DNA of 64,000 nt, taken from contig CALLOB010000005.1 of the NCBI GenBank assembly GCA_938005315.1, positions 88,790 through 152,789 of the forward strand. Direction: 5' to 3'. The notes beneath the pieces are model-generated. The model was given only the letters and a program-made list of their open reading frames with translations, did not search any database and was not told the origin of the DNA. Made by a program: the position numbers and the translations under genes. Positions 18,367 through 27,935 of the stretch are shown here, in pieces. The stretch is from an uncultured Phycisphaerae bacterium (GTDB lineage: Bacteria; Planctomycetota; Phycisphaerae; UBA1845; PWPN01). Position 1 is the first letter of the stretch, and every line of letters begins with the position of its first letter.

Positions 18367-19125
18367 TCAGCCGGCGGCCTTGAGACCCCTCTCGGCGGCC
18401 TGCTTCTGGGGACGGGGGGGATCGGCCGCCAGAACCGCTTTGTAGATCGCACGGGCCGCATCCCTGTTTCCGGCGCCGGCCAGCGCCTCGGCAAGCCGCA
18501 GGCGGGCGGAAAAGGCCCTCGCACGAACCTGCGGGCAGCCACATCGGCAGGCCTCGTCGATCAACCCATCGGCCGCCGGATCGGGTACCGAGCCCAGGAC
18601 CTCGATGGCCGCCAGGCGCACCTCCATATCCTCGTCCTGCACGGCCTGCTTCAAGGCGGGCATGATCCGCTCGGGCGACCGGCCGGCCAGGGCGGCCACC
18701 AGGGCCGCGCGGAATTCAGGCCCGTCCTGCGTCGCCAGGGCCGCGATCAGCGCGGCGGTGGCCTCATTGGACGGATCGCGGGCCAGCGCACAGCGAGCGG
18801 CCTCACGGAGCCGGAGGTCCCGCATCGCCCCGGCGATGGCCGGCACCTCGGCCGGACCGCAGACGAAGCTCAGCAGCCTCAGGAGCTTCTCGCGGGTCGC
18901 GATCGAGTACCTGGGCACCGGCGGCTTTTCCTTGCCTTCCTGATCCTTGCCGCCGGGCACGGTTTCGACCAGTTCCGCGGCCAGCATGGCGGCACTCTGG
19001 GCCTGCTGGGCGGCGTCCGCGCCCGGCAGGACGGTGACGATCCGCAGCAGCGACTGCCAGGCCTGCCATGCGGCGGCCTGATCGGCGTCATCCAGCTTCG
19101 AAATGATGCCTTCGAGCGATCCCAT
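18367..19125 (-). CDS. HEAT repeat protein
   Basis: GGAGG RBS before ATG 19125; Ala/Leu-rich helical repeats (DEDMEVRLAAIEVLG); directly follows a Tat oxidoreductase. Confidence 0.8.
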   Translation of the reverse strand: MGSLEGIISKLDDADQAAAWQAWQSLLRIVTVLPGADAAQQAQSAAMLAAELVETVPGGKDQEGKEKPPVPRYSIATREKLLRLLSFVCGPAEVPAIAGAMRDLRLREAARCALARDPSNEATAALIAALATQDGPEFRAALVAALAGRSPERIMPALKQAVQDEDMEVRLAAIEVLGSVPDPAADGLIDEACRCGCPQVRARAFSARLRLAEALAGAGNRDAARAIYKAVLAADPPRPQKQAAERGLKAAG

Positions 19126-19193
19126 GTGTCGATTCCTCCCGGTCGGATGCTTCCCCGCGATTTCCGCCGCAAGCCCCGCTCTCGAGCCCGGCA

Positions 19194-20540
19194 TCACAGA
19201 TGCCACGGCGGACGCATCGGGCGGCTCAGGTAACGGTTGGCCGCCGGGTCGTCCACGAACTCCTCCCTGGCCGGGTCCCAGCGCAGCGGCCGGCCCAGCT
19301 CGATGGCGATGTTGCCAATGTGGCACACGGTGCAGGACCGGTGTCCGACCTCCACGTCGCAGATGCACCGTCGCCGGGTCTCCATGCACTCGATCCAGTT
19401 GGCATAGTGGTTCACCCAGTTGTCCGGCGACGGACCGGTGTTGTAGACCTTGTGCGACAGCGAGTCGATGTCGATCTTCAGGATCTCGGGGTCCGAGGCC
19501 TCGATGCGGCCGCGGTTGACGAAGATCCAGCCGTCGGTCCCTTCGTAACGCACGCCGTTCTCGCCGTCGGAATGGCAATGCAGCTCGACGCCGTTGGCGT
19601 AGCGGTAGATGACGTCGAAGCGGTGCGGCACGTCATAGGGCCCGCGCTCGAAGAACGTCCCCTTGCCCTCGACCTCCACCGGACCCGAGGTGTCCATGTC
19701 CAGGGCCCACTGCACCTGGTCGTTGTGATGCGCGCCCCAGTCGGTCAGCTTACCGCCCGAGTAAGCCTTGAACCACCGGAACTGGTAGTGGCACCGGCCG
19801 GGGAAATACTCCACGTAGGGGGCCGGTCCCAGCCAGAAATCCCAGTTCAGGCCTGCCGGCGGCGTGGTGTACGGCTCCCAGCCGGCCTCCGGACACGCGC
19901 CGATGTAGGTATGGCAGGTCTTCAGCGTTCCGATCTTTCCATTGCGGACCAGCGCGACCGCCTGGCGGAAGCGCAGGTCCGACCGCTGCATGCTCCCGGT
20001 CTGGAAGACGGTACCGTACCGCCGGGCGGCGGCCACCATCTTGCGACCCTCGTCGATCGTCAGGGTCAGCGGCTTCTCGCAGTAGATGTCCTTGCCGGCC
20101 TCCATCGCGGCCACGCAGATCAGCGCGTGCCAGTGGTCCGGCGTCACGACCACGACCGCGTCGATGTCCTTGCGGTCCAGCACCCGTCGGAAATCCTCGT
20201 AGGCCGCCGGACGCCGGCCGGTTCTCTCACGGACGATCGAGACCGCCTCGTCGCGGTGATTGGCGTCCACGTCGCACACCGCGGCCACCTGGAACCGCTC
20301 GTTATGAAGGATCGGCCCGGCCAGATGATGCCGCCGCCCCAGATCGCCGCAGCCGATCAGGCCCAGCGTGATCTTGCGCGAAGGCATCACGGCAGCCGGC
20401 GCGGGTGCGGCCTGCGGACCGGCGGTCTGCTGCGAACAGCCGGCCAGCTTCAGCACGCCCGGCAGCGCCGAAATCGCCGCCAGCCCGCCGGCCGAACCCT
20501 TCAGGAAACTGCGCCGCTTGACTCTTTTGTTCTCACCCAC
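19194..20540 (-). CDS. Tat-exported Gfo/Idh/MocA family oxidoreductase
   Basis: KRRSFLK signal; GLIGCG, TPDHWH, CEKPL, WLGPAP, DWGAHH. Confidence 0.94.
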   Translation of the reverse strand: MGENKRVKRRSFLKGSAGGLAAISALPGVLKLAGCSQQTAGPQAAPAPAAVMPSRKITLGLIGCGDLGRRHHLAGPILHNERFQVAAVCDVDANHRDEAVSIVRERTGRRPAAYEDFRRVLDRKDIDAVVVVTPDHWHALICVAAMEAGKDIYCEKPLTLTIDEGRKMVAAARRYGTVFQTGSMQRSDLRFRQAVALVRNGKIGTLKTCHTYIGACPEAGWEPYTTPPAGLNWDFWLGPAPYVEYFPGRCHYQFRWFKAYSGGKLTDWGAHHNDQVQWALDMDTSGPVEVEGKGTFFERGPYDVPHRFDVIYRYANGVELHCHSDGENGVRYEGTDGWIFVNRGRIEASDPEILKIDIDSLSHKVYNTGPSPDNWVNHYANWIECMETRRRCICDVEVGHRSCTVCHIGNIAIELGRPLRWDPAREEFVDDPAANRYLSRPMRPPWHL

Positions 20541-20612
20541 GGAGACACCTCCACGTGTTCCCTTGATGCCGTCACCGCGCGGGGACCATGTTACGTCCGG
20601 GCGACCACGGCT

Positions 20613-21743
20613 TCAACGGTGACCGTTGGACCGCCCCCAGCCCCTGGCGGCCGCGTAGTCTAACAGCCTGAACACCCGCTGCCGATCCAGAACCGGGAAA
20701 CGGACACCGCTGGCCTGCATCACCTCCCGGGTGTGCGTCAGATCGAACTGGGGGCAGTGCATTACCCGCGGCGTCATGATCGCATACTGGTCCCACAACA
20801 GGGCTTCGTCGGGCGAACAGCGGCCCAGCACCGTGTCGGGGTCGGCGAAGGTCCCACCGCAGAGCCCGAAGTACTCCTCGAAGCACTGCTTGATGAAGCC
20901 GTTGGTGAACCGCTCGGGGCTGGTCAGATGGTAGATGCGGCCGTGAAACTCCGGCCGCAAAATGACCTCGGTCATGAGCCTCGAGACGAAATCCACGGGC
21001 ACGAAGTCCTGGGCGTCCTCCGCCCGGCCGGGGATCCGCAGAGGGATGCACGTCGGCTCACCGTTGCCGTTGCCGTTGCGGGCGTGCTGCTGCTTGAGCA
21101 GCGCGATCAGCCGGGCCAGCTGGTAGAAGCCGCCGAACTGCGTCGTATACCCGGTCTGCGATTCGCCGACCAGGAAGCTCGGACGAAAAACCGTCAGCGA
21201 GCGGTCCGGGACCTCAGCCCACGCCTCCAGCATGCCCTCGGCCAGCCACTTGCTGCGCTCGTAGTCGGTCTGGAACTCCGGGACCTCGCGGTGAAAGGTC
21301 TCGCGGACCAGGCCACGACTCCAGCCGCAGGTGTAGGCCGTGCTGACCGCGAACAGGCGGTGGATACCCTGCCGCTCGGCCCAGGCCAGCATGGCCCTGG
21401 TGCCCTCGACATTGGTGTGAAACGGATCGCCGTCGCCGTTCAGGAAGAGCTTGATGCTGGCGGCGCAATGCAGGATGGCATAGGTCCGACCCCAGGTGGG
21501 CTCAGGCAGGGTGTCCGGCAGGACCCCCTCGACGAGGATCAGCTGCCCTTGGCGCAGGCAGGCATCCAGGTCGGTCCCGATTTCGGCCATCAGGCGCCGG
21601 AGTCGCTCGGACGAGCCTGACCGTGGAGGCCTGACCATGACGGCGAGCCGCACTCCCCGGGCCAGCAGGTCCCGCAGAACGAACTGACCCAGAAAGCCGG
21701 TCGCGCCGGTCATGAACAGCGTGTCGTCAGGTTGAATCGACAT
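20613..21743 (-). CDS. Extended SDR (NAD_binding_4, thioester/fatty-acyl reductase-like)
   Basis: TGATGFLG, HCAA, TNVEGT, VSTAY, YERSK, FRPS, VPVD. Confidence 0.9.
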   Translation of the reverse strand: MSIQPDDTLFMTGATGFLGQFVLRDLLARGVRLAVMVRPPRSGSSERLRRLMAEIGTDLDACLRQGQLILVEGVLPDTLPEPTWGRTYAILHCAASIKLFLNGDGDPFHTNVEGTRAMLAWAERQGIHRLFAVSTAYTCGWSRGLVRETFHREVPEFQTDYERSKWLAEGMLEAWAEVPDRSLTVFRPSFLVGESQTGYTTQFGGFYQLARLIALLKQQHARNGNGNGEPTCIPLRIPGRAEDAQDFVPVDFVSRLMTEVILRPEFHGRIYHLTSPERFTNGFIKQCFEEYFGLCGGTFADPDTVLGRCSPDEALLWDQYAIMTPRVMHCPQFDLTHTREVMQASGVRFPVLDRQRVFRLLDYAAARGWGRSNGHR

Positions 21744-21882
21744 TGCTGAGGCGGCCGTCTCTACGCGCAGCGAAAACGAGGCTGTTCCCGACCTTCCGAT
21801 AAGCCCGCCGCGCCGATCCCCTGCGGGCTCCCGTTCGCCGGCTCCGAAGATGACGCCGTTCCGGGGGGCGCCGGGGAGCAGG

Positions 21883-23841
21883 CTACTCTACCCTCAAGGC
21901 CGGGCCCTGCCAAGCCTGCGCACCGCTGTTCCGGGGCCCCGGATAGGGCGGGCCGGTCAGATACAGGTCGGTGGCAATGAACCACGAGGCGATCTCGCGC
22001 GTGCGGTAGACGCGCTCCCGGCGCTGCCGCAACACCTCCAAATCCGTGGCCTCGGCGGTCTCCAGGCGTGCAGGACGTCCGCCCCCCTGGAAATGGACAC
22101 GCGCCGCGGCATGGACGTTGGTGCCCATGTAGAAGGCGTATTTTTCGGTTTCCAGCGACTCGGAAAACGCGAACTCCAGCTCCCAGACTCCCTGCTCGTC
22201 GGCCCGAACCACTCTGGCTTCAAACAGACCCTTGCGGTCCCGGATCGTCTGACCGGTCTGCAGGCACCCGGCCGACCGCATCCCCTCGATCAGGAAGCGG
22301 CCCAGGGCGCCGGAGAACCAGGGCCGGCCCTCGATGGTCACGCGGAAGGTCCGGTCGTCCACCTGCTCCACCCGGCAGGGCTGGTCCATGCGCAGCACGT
22401 CCGGGGCAAAGGTCAGCACATGGCACCGCCAGCGGTCGGCCGGGCCGGGCATCAACTCCCGCAGATGCGTCTGGATGTAGCAGTTGGCGAACGGAAGGTT
22501 GATGAAGAAAAGCTCCCGGGCCTCAGCCGGCGGGGGCACTTCCTGCACCTCCCGGACGGTCAGGCGTTCGGCCGCCGAGAACGAGTACCACATCGGGCGG
22601 TAAATCGGGATATAGGTGGTGGTGGCGACCAGAAACCAGATCGCCACGCCCGGCGACCACCGGCCGATCGACACCGGCCCGGCCCGGTCGCGCATCGCCG
22701 GGCCGAGCACCATCCCGACCGCGAAGGCCACCCCCGGCAGGTAGCCGTTGTAGGGCGTGGCCAGCATCGGCACCACCGGCAGGACCGAAAGGACCATCCA
22801 CAGCGGCCAGATCCACCACCCGCGAACCCGGCGGCACGCGGCGTAATACCCGCCGCCCAGCACGCCCAGGATCGCGAGCATCAGCAGGCAGTCGCCGGGC
22901 ACCTCGAGCCAGGGGTTGAACCGGCCGGTCGGGCCGACGGTCAGAGGAGTGAGCCACACCACCGAGGTCAGGTAATGCAGCAGCTTGGCCAGCCACCAGG
23001 CGATGTAGCCGGGCCCGTCGTAACTGCGGAAGTAGAAGTCCGGCATCGGCCGGTGGAACCACAAGAGCCGCCAGGCGGTAAAAGCCGCAGCCACCGATGC
23101 GAACACCGCATGGACCGGCAGCCGTGCCCGCAGAGCCCCGCGGCCCCCGAAGGCCAGGTCGAACGCCGCGAGGATCACCGGCACCACCACCGCCGTTTCC
23201 CGCGAACCCAGGGCCAGCAGCCAGAGCGCGGCACAGGCCGCCAGCCAGCCGCGCCGACACCGCGTCCACGGCCTTCCGGGAACGACGATCTGCACCGACG
23301 CGCCCGGCGAGGCATCAAGGTTCAGCCCCCACGCACGCACCCAGCACAGCAGCGCGGCCAGGGTCGCGGCGGTCTGCAGCAGGACGTTCTGGGCCGCCAG
23401 CCAGCCCACGGTGTACACGCTGTGCGAGTAGACCACCATCAGCAGCCCGCCGACCAGCGACCAGAACCGCCGGCCGGTGAGTTTCAGACACAGAACCGCG
23501 ACCATCAGGGCGTTGGCCAGATGCAGCACAATGCCGATCGCGTGCCAGGCCATGACGCTGCCGCCCGAGAGGCGGTACATCAGCCTGGCCAGGAGCATCG
23601 GGAAAGGCCGAACGTAGCGCCACTCGACCGGCTTGTCCTGCCACCAGGCGTCGATCAGGCGGTCGAAGACGAGCGTCGTGGAGTGCAGCAGCCCCCGCAC
23701 GGACCAGTCGTCGCCGGCGAGGAACAGCCGATGCCAATGGTCGTCGAAGAACATTCCGTCCCACAGCGCCCACCCGTGGGCGGCGGCGGTGGCCGCGGCC
23801 AGAAGGACAAACGCCTGCAGAGCGAATCGGCCGGAACTCAT
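21883..23841 (-). CDS. GT-C fold multi-pass membrane glycosyltransferase-like protein
   Basis: First helix followed by FFDDHW loop, YVRP, WH..IVLHLAN, ALGSRETA: pattern of PMT/ArnT/TMTC-like GT-C proteins; start ATG 23841 just after the upstream stop. Confidence 0.75.
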   Translation of the reverse strand: MSSGRFALQAFVLLAAATAAAHGWALWDGMFFDDHWHRLFLAGDDWSVRGLLHSTTLVFDRLIDAWWQDKPVEWRYVRPFPMLLARLMYRLSGGSVMAWHAIGIVLHLANALMVAVLCLKLTGRRFWSLVGGLLMVVYSHSVYTVGWLAAQNVLLQTAATLAALLCWVRAWGLNLDASPGASVQIVVPGRPWTRCRRGWLAACAALWLLALGSRETAVVVPVILAAFDLAFGGRGALRARLPVHAVFASVAAAFTAWRLLWFHRPMPDFYFRSYDGPGYIAWWLAKLLHYLTSVVWLTPLTVGPTGRFNPWLEVPGDCLLMLAILGVLGGGYYAACRRVRGWWIWPLWMVLSVLPVVPMLATPYNGYLPGVAFAVGMVLGPAMRDRAGPVSIGRWSPGVAIWFLVATTTYIPIYRPMWYSFSAAERLTVREVQEVPPPAEARELFFINLPFANCYIQTHLRELMPGPADRWRCHVLTFAPDVLRMDQPCRVEQVDDRTFRVTIEGRPWFSGALGRFLIEGMRSAGCLQTGQTIRDRKGLFEARVVRADEQGVWELEFAFSESLETEKYAFYMGTNVHAAARVHFQGGGRPARLETAEATDLEVLRQRRERVYRTREIASWFIATDLYLTGPPYPGPRNSGAQAWQGPALRVE

Positions 23842-23843
23842 GC

Positions 23844-25550
23844 TCACTCCGCGGCAACCGGGGCGGCGGCCCGCAAAAGTCCGGCCAGGCTCACGCCATC
23901 CATGAAGCAGGCTTCTCGCGACGAGGTTGCCCGTTCCAGCAGTTCCAGGATGGTCGGCACCAGATCGACCAGCCGGCCGGCCTGCACGGCCGCCCCGCGG
24001 GGCAGGCCCGGCCCGGCGAAGAACATCGGCACGGCCATATCGCGGGCGAGGCAGGAACCGTGACCGGCGCGTTCGCGGGGATAAAGCATCCAGCCCTCGG
24101 CGGCGAACACGACGACGTCCCCGGTGCGGCGGGAATCGAACATCTCGACCACCTGGGGCACGAAGTCGGGGCAGGAGGTCCCGAGGGTCGCCTCCAGCCA
24201 GTCCCGGGAAGCGTGCCAACCGCTTCCGACCAGCGTCTGCGCGGCCTCACTGGTCCTGTAGCCCAGGGGGTCGCCTTCCTGTCCGGCCACGCGATACTCG
24301 CAACCGCCGGACGTCCGGCGGCGCTCGATCCGGGCCTGCCCGCGGCGCGACAACACCCTGACGGCGTCGGCGCCGTCGCGAATGGCGACCACTTCCACCG
24401 CCGGCAGCTCCGTCAGGGACGGGGCCTGCTCCACCCACGCCCGGACTTCCGCCGCCGCGGGACGGCGGGCCCAGCCGCCGCTTCCCCGGAGGTGGATCAT
24501 GGCCACGCGGCCGGCGTCCACCCCGGCCACCGCGTCATAACCGGCCAGCCGGGCCAGACGCCGCTCGTAGGGATCAGCGTCCAGCGGCGTCGATCGCACG
24601 CGCATGCCCCGCGCCCGGGCGAGCCACTCCAGAAGATCGACCCGCTGATCCTGCCGCACCGGGGCCATGCCGTGATCACTGACCAGGACGAAGATCGTCG
24701 ATTCCGAGAGCCCCGCCCGGTCGAAGGCCTCGGTGACGCTGCCGACGGTGCGGTCGATATTGATCAGGGCCTCGGCATATTCCGGTGAATCGGTGCCGAA
24801 GCGGTGCCCGACCTCGTCCACGCCGGGATAGTAGCTCATGACCAGCGCGGGCCACCGCCCCACCCGGTTCGCCAGGGCCGGCAGCTCGGCGAAACACCGG
24901 CCCACGCGGTGGTCGGCGTACCAGAAACCGCCGGACACCCAGGACCAGGCGAAACCCAGGTCCTGTTCGATGGTCTGCGACACGCCGCGGCGGGTGTGCC
25001 CCTGGATGTTGACGGTGAAAGCGTCGCCGAGATAGTCGTAAACGGTCGGCACCCGCAGGTGCTGATTCACCGTCCGGTAGGTGCCCAGCGTCATGTAGTC
25101 GCGGGATTCCAGCGACCCGCGGTCGAACCAGAAGTTGCCCAGGATGCCGTGATGGCCGGGAAACACGCCGGTGATCATGGCCGAGCAGTTGGGGTAGGTG
25201 ATCGACGGCAGTGAGCTGACCGCCCCGCGCACCTCCACCCCCCCGGCGACGAAACGGCGGGCGATGTTCGGCAGCCGGCCGGAGGCCAGAAGCTCACGCA
25301 GGCGGCCGCGGTCCATGCCGTCAGGGAAAAAAATCACCGCGCTGCGCGGCGGGCGGACGACGTCGGGGGCGATATCCAGCTTCGGCGGGCGGTGGTCGTA
25401 GCAGCCCGCCAGGCAGGCCGACACCAGGACCGCGGCCACCGACCGCAACAACACCGGCGCGCAGCAGGACACGCCGCCGGCGCGAACGCCGGACCGCACC
25501 CGCCTGGGCCGCCCGGGCAGATCATCGCCAGAACGCGTTTTCGCGGTCAC
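23844..25550 (-). CDS. Alkaline phosphatase/nucleotide pyrophosphatase family lipoprotein
   Basis: GTG start overlapping upstream TGA; LAGC lipobox; FPDG, PSITYPN, TGVFPGHHGI, DEVGH, VSDHG, GHG. Confidence 0.88.
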   Translation of the reverse strand: MTAKTRSGDDLPGRPRRVRSGVRAGGVSCCAPVLLRSVAAVLVSACLAGCYDHRPPKLDIAPDVVRPPRSAVIFFPDGMDRGRLRELLASGRLPNIARRFVAGGVEVRGAVSSLPSITYPNCSAMITGVFPGHHGILGNFWFDRGSLESRDYMTLGTYRTVNQHLRVPTVYDYLGDAFTVNIQGHTRRGVSQTIEQDLGFAWSWVSGGFWYADHRVGRCFAELPALANRVGRWPALVMSYYPGVDEVGHRFGTDSPEYAEALINIDRTVGSVTEAFDRAGLSESTIFVLVSDHGMAPVRQDQRVDLLEWLARARGMRVRSTPLDADPYERRLARLAGYDAVAGVDAGRVAMIHLRGSGGWARRPAAAEVRAWVEQAPSLTELPAVEVVAIRDGADAVRVLSRRGQARIERRRTSGGCEYRVAGQEGDPLGYRTSEAAQTLVGSGWHASRDWLEATLGTSCPDFVPQVVEMFDSRRTGDVVVFAAEGWMLYPRERAGHGSCLARDMAVPMFFAGPGLPRGAAVQAGRLVDLVPTILELLERATSSREACFMDGVSLAGLLRAAAPVAAE

Positions 25551-26833
25551 GTCGCCTTCTTGGCCACGGGATCCCAGGTGATTCGCCGGCCGCTGCGGTA
25601 GGCCAGGTTGGCCAGGTGCGAGGGCAGCAGCGAGCTGACGCCCAGCTGCACCGGGGCATTGGGTCTGGCCCGCCCCCTCAGGGCGTCGATCCAGTTGTGC
25701 TGGTGTTCGACACCTTCCTTCGGCCAGTGCTCCAGCGGCCTGGAGCGGTCGCCGTCGCCCCAGACCTTGATGTCGTTGCCCCGGCACTCCAGCGTTCCCT
25801 GCGTGCCGTAGAGGATATATCCGTCGCCTTCGTAACCGTTGGTGAAGTTGCCGGTGAAGACCAGGCTGAACCGGCCGTAGTCGATGGTGGCGTTCACCAC
25901 GTCGGGCGTATCCCAGTACTTCACGCCGTACACGCCGCCGTTGCAGACCGCCGACACCGGCACCGGCTCGCCCAGCAGCCAGTGCACGTTGTCGATCACG
26001 TGCACGCCGACGTCGGTCACCAGCCCGCCGGCATAGTCCCAGTACCACCGCCAGGCGGTGTAGCGCAGGGCGTCGAACGGCACCTTGTGGCTGCAGGGCT
26101 CCTGGAACCGGTCCCAGTCGACCTTGACCGTCCGCCAGTCCACGCCGCCGAAACGCCTGCCCGTGGACTCGGGGGTGAAGGGGTCCTCGCCCGAGATGTA
26201 GTTGCGGCAGTCGAAGGCCCGCACGAAGTGCACCGTGCCCAGCTTGCCGGACTCGACGTAGGCCTTGGCCTGCAGGTGGTTCGAGCAGCTGCGGCGCTGG
26301 GTGCCGATCTGGATGCACAGCTCCGGATGCTTCTCGGCCGCCTCCAGCATCCGCTGGCCCAGCTCGATACTGAAGCTGAACGGCTTCTCCTGGTAGATGT
26401 GCTTTCCGGCCTCGCAGGCGTCGATGAACGGCTCGGCATGCCAGTGGTCCGGCGTGGCGATCACCACCGCGTCGATATCCTTGCGGTCCAGCAGACGCCG
26501 GTGGTCGCCGAAACGGGCGATCTCGATGCCCTCGAAACCCTTGCTCTTCATCGTCTCGGTGAAGACGCGGGCGCCCAGGTCCATCCGGAAATCGGCCACG
26601 TCGCACATCGCCGCACAGACCACCTGGTCGGCCGACAGGCACACGTTGACGTCGTGAATCCCCTGCCCGCCGGTGCCGATCACGCCCAGCACGATGCGGT
26701 CGTTGGCCCCCAGAGGCCTGGCCGACGCCCGTGAGGCCCGGCCGCCCAACAGCGGCCCAAGCCCCACGGCGGCCGCCGCCCCGGTCGAACGCAAGAGAAA
26801 CTGCCTGCGGGACATGCCTGCCCGGGTGCGCAT
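25547..26833 (-). CDS. Tat-exported Gfo/Idh/MocA family oxidoreductase
   Basis: SRRQFLL signal; GVIGTGGQG, TPDHWH, QEKP, WRWYWDYAGG. Confidence 0.94.
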   Translation of the reverse strand: MRTRAGMSRRQFLLRSTGAAAAVGLGPLLGGRASRASARPLGANDRIVLGVIGTGGQGIHDVNVCLSADQVVCAAMCDVADFRMDLGARVFTETMKSKGFEGIEIARFGDHRRLLDRKDIDAVVIATPDHWHAEPFIDACEAGKHIYQEKPFSFSIELGQRMLEAAEKHPELCIQIGTQRRSCSNHLQAKAYVESGKLGTVHFVRAFDCRNYISGEDPFTPESTGRRFGGVDWRTVKVDWDRFQEPCSHKVPFDALRYTAWRWYWDYAGGLVTDVGVHVIDNVHWLLGEPVPVSAVCNGGVYGVKYWDTPDVVNATIDYGRFSLVFTGNFTNGYEGDGYILYGTQGTLECRGNDIKVWGDGDRSRPLEHWPKEGVEHQHNWIDALRGRARPNAPVQLGVSSLLPSHLANLAYRSGRRITWDPVAKKAT

Positions 26834-26974
26834 GATCTGCTCTCCGTCGCCGGCCGCCTGTCGGGACACCGGCCTGACGCTCGACCGGCGGTCCCCGGCT
26901 CGCCGAGACGGTCATTCTATGCGCTGCGTCTCGTGGGACAAAGCCGCCCGACCGAGGTTGCCGCGGGACTCCGC

Positions 26975-27666
26975 AGGCCGCCCGGCCAGGCTCGGCGAAA
27001 AGCGGCGGGCAATGGGGCGACGCGGTCCGGGGATCGTACTGCCGGCAGACCGTCGGCCAGGGGATGTGCACGCTGTAGTTCGGCGGCAGGCAAATGTGGT
27101 AGCAGTCGATGCAGCCAAAGCCGTCGTCCGCCCCCACGAGGATCCAGTCCATCGGCGCCTGGGCGTCGTTCATGGCCAGTTCCATGCAGCCGGTGTCGCG
27201 ATCGAGACGGTCGTTCCAGGCCACGCCGCCGCTGATGGTGAACCGCAGGATCAGCGGGGCATCGTCGGAGCCTTCGGCGGCGTCGTACTGGGGTCCGATG
27301 CGGGCGTGGATCTCATCGGTCAGGTCCACCGTCTGCTGACCGAGCTGGGCATTGCCCTGGCAGGGGTAGCGGGCGGCAAACGGCGGCGTGGGCGCGTGTC
27401 GGTCTCGACGGTGAAAGTCGTGCCGCACGGCCCGTTGGGGTTGGTCGAGGACAACGACCAGACGGCCTGCAGGGCTCCGTTGCTGGTCTGCGACCCGCTC
27501 TCCCAGGCGTCCCCGGGACTGGGCGGAGGATTCGTGCAGTAGCGGTCGAAATCGTCGCAGAAGATCGCGTCGGGGAAATAGTCTGAGCACCATCGCGCGG
27601 CGGCGACCGACGCCAGACCGCGCACGACCACCACCACCGTCAGCATCAAGGCGGCTGCGGCCTCAT
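26975..27666 (-). pseudogene. Frameshifted, truncated relic of a Cys-rich secreted protein gene
   Basis: Signal-like ALMLTVVVVVRGLASVAAA then WCSDYFPDAIFCDDFDRYC...TVETD in one frame; continues TPPFAARYPCQGNAQLGQQTVDL...CIDCYHIC...VCRQYDP in another frame after ~27395; left boundary approximate. Confidence 0.55.
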
Positions 27667-27935
27667 GGCTTGACCACCCCGGGATGTGCCCTTGCCCGCC
27701 GAAGAAATGCCCGTTCCGGTATGCTGCCGATCCGGGAACTGCCTGGCAGGATCGTACCAGCCTTCGCCCATTCGACATCAGTAAGAGCGCGAATAACGGT
27801 CAACGGAAAAACTGCTATTCCGTCGACGCAGCCCGGGCAGGCCGGACTCACCGGCTTGCATCGACCAAAACGGACCAAAACAGGGGAAACGGGACCGTAC
27901 AGCTTGGCCGAACGATCATATCGCCACGCCAACGA

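Noticed and set aside
23844-27593. 1249-aa minus-strand ORF
   Set aside because: Artefact of stop-codon scarcity at high GC: it strings together part of the pseudogene, an off-frame read of the oxidoreductase and the real phosphodiesterase (from 25550).
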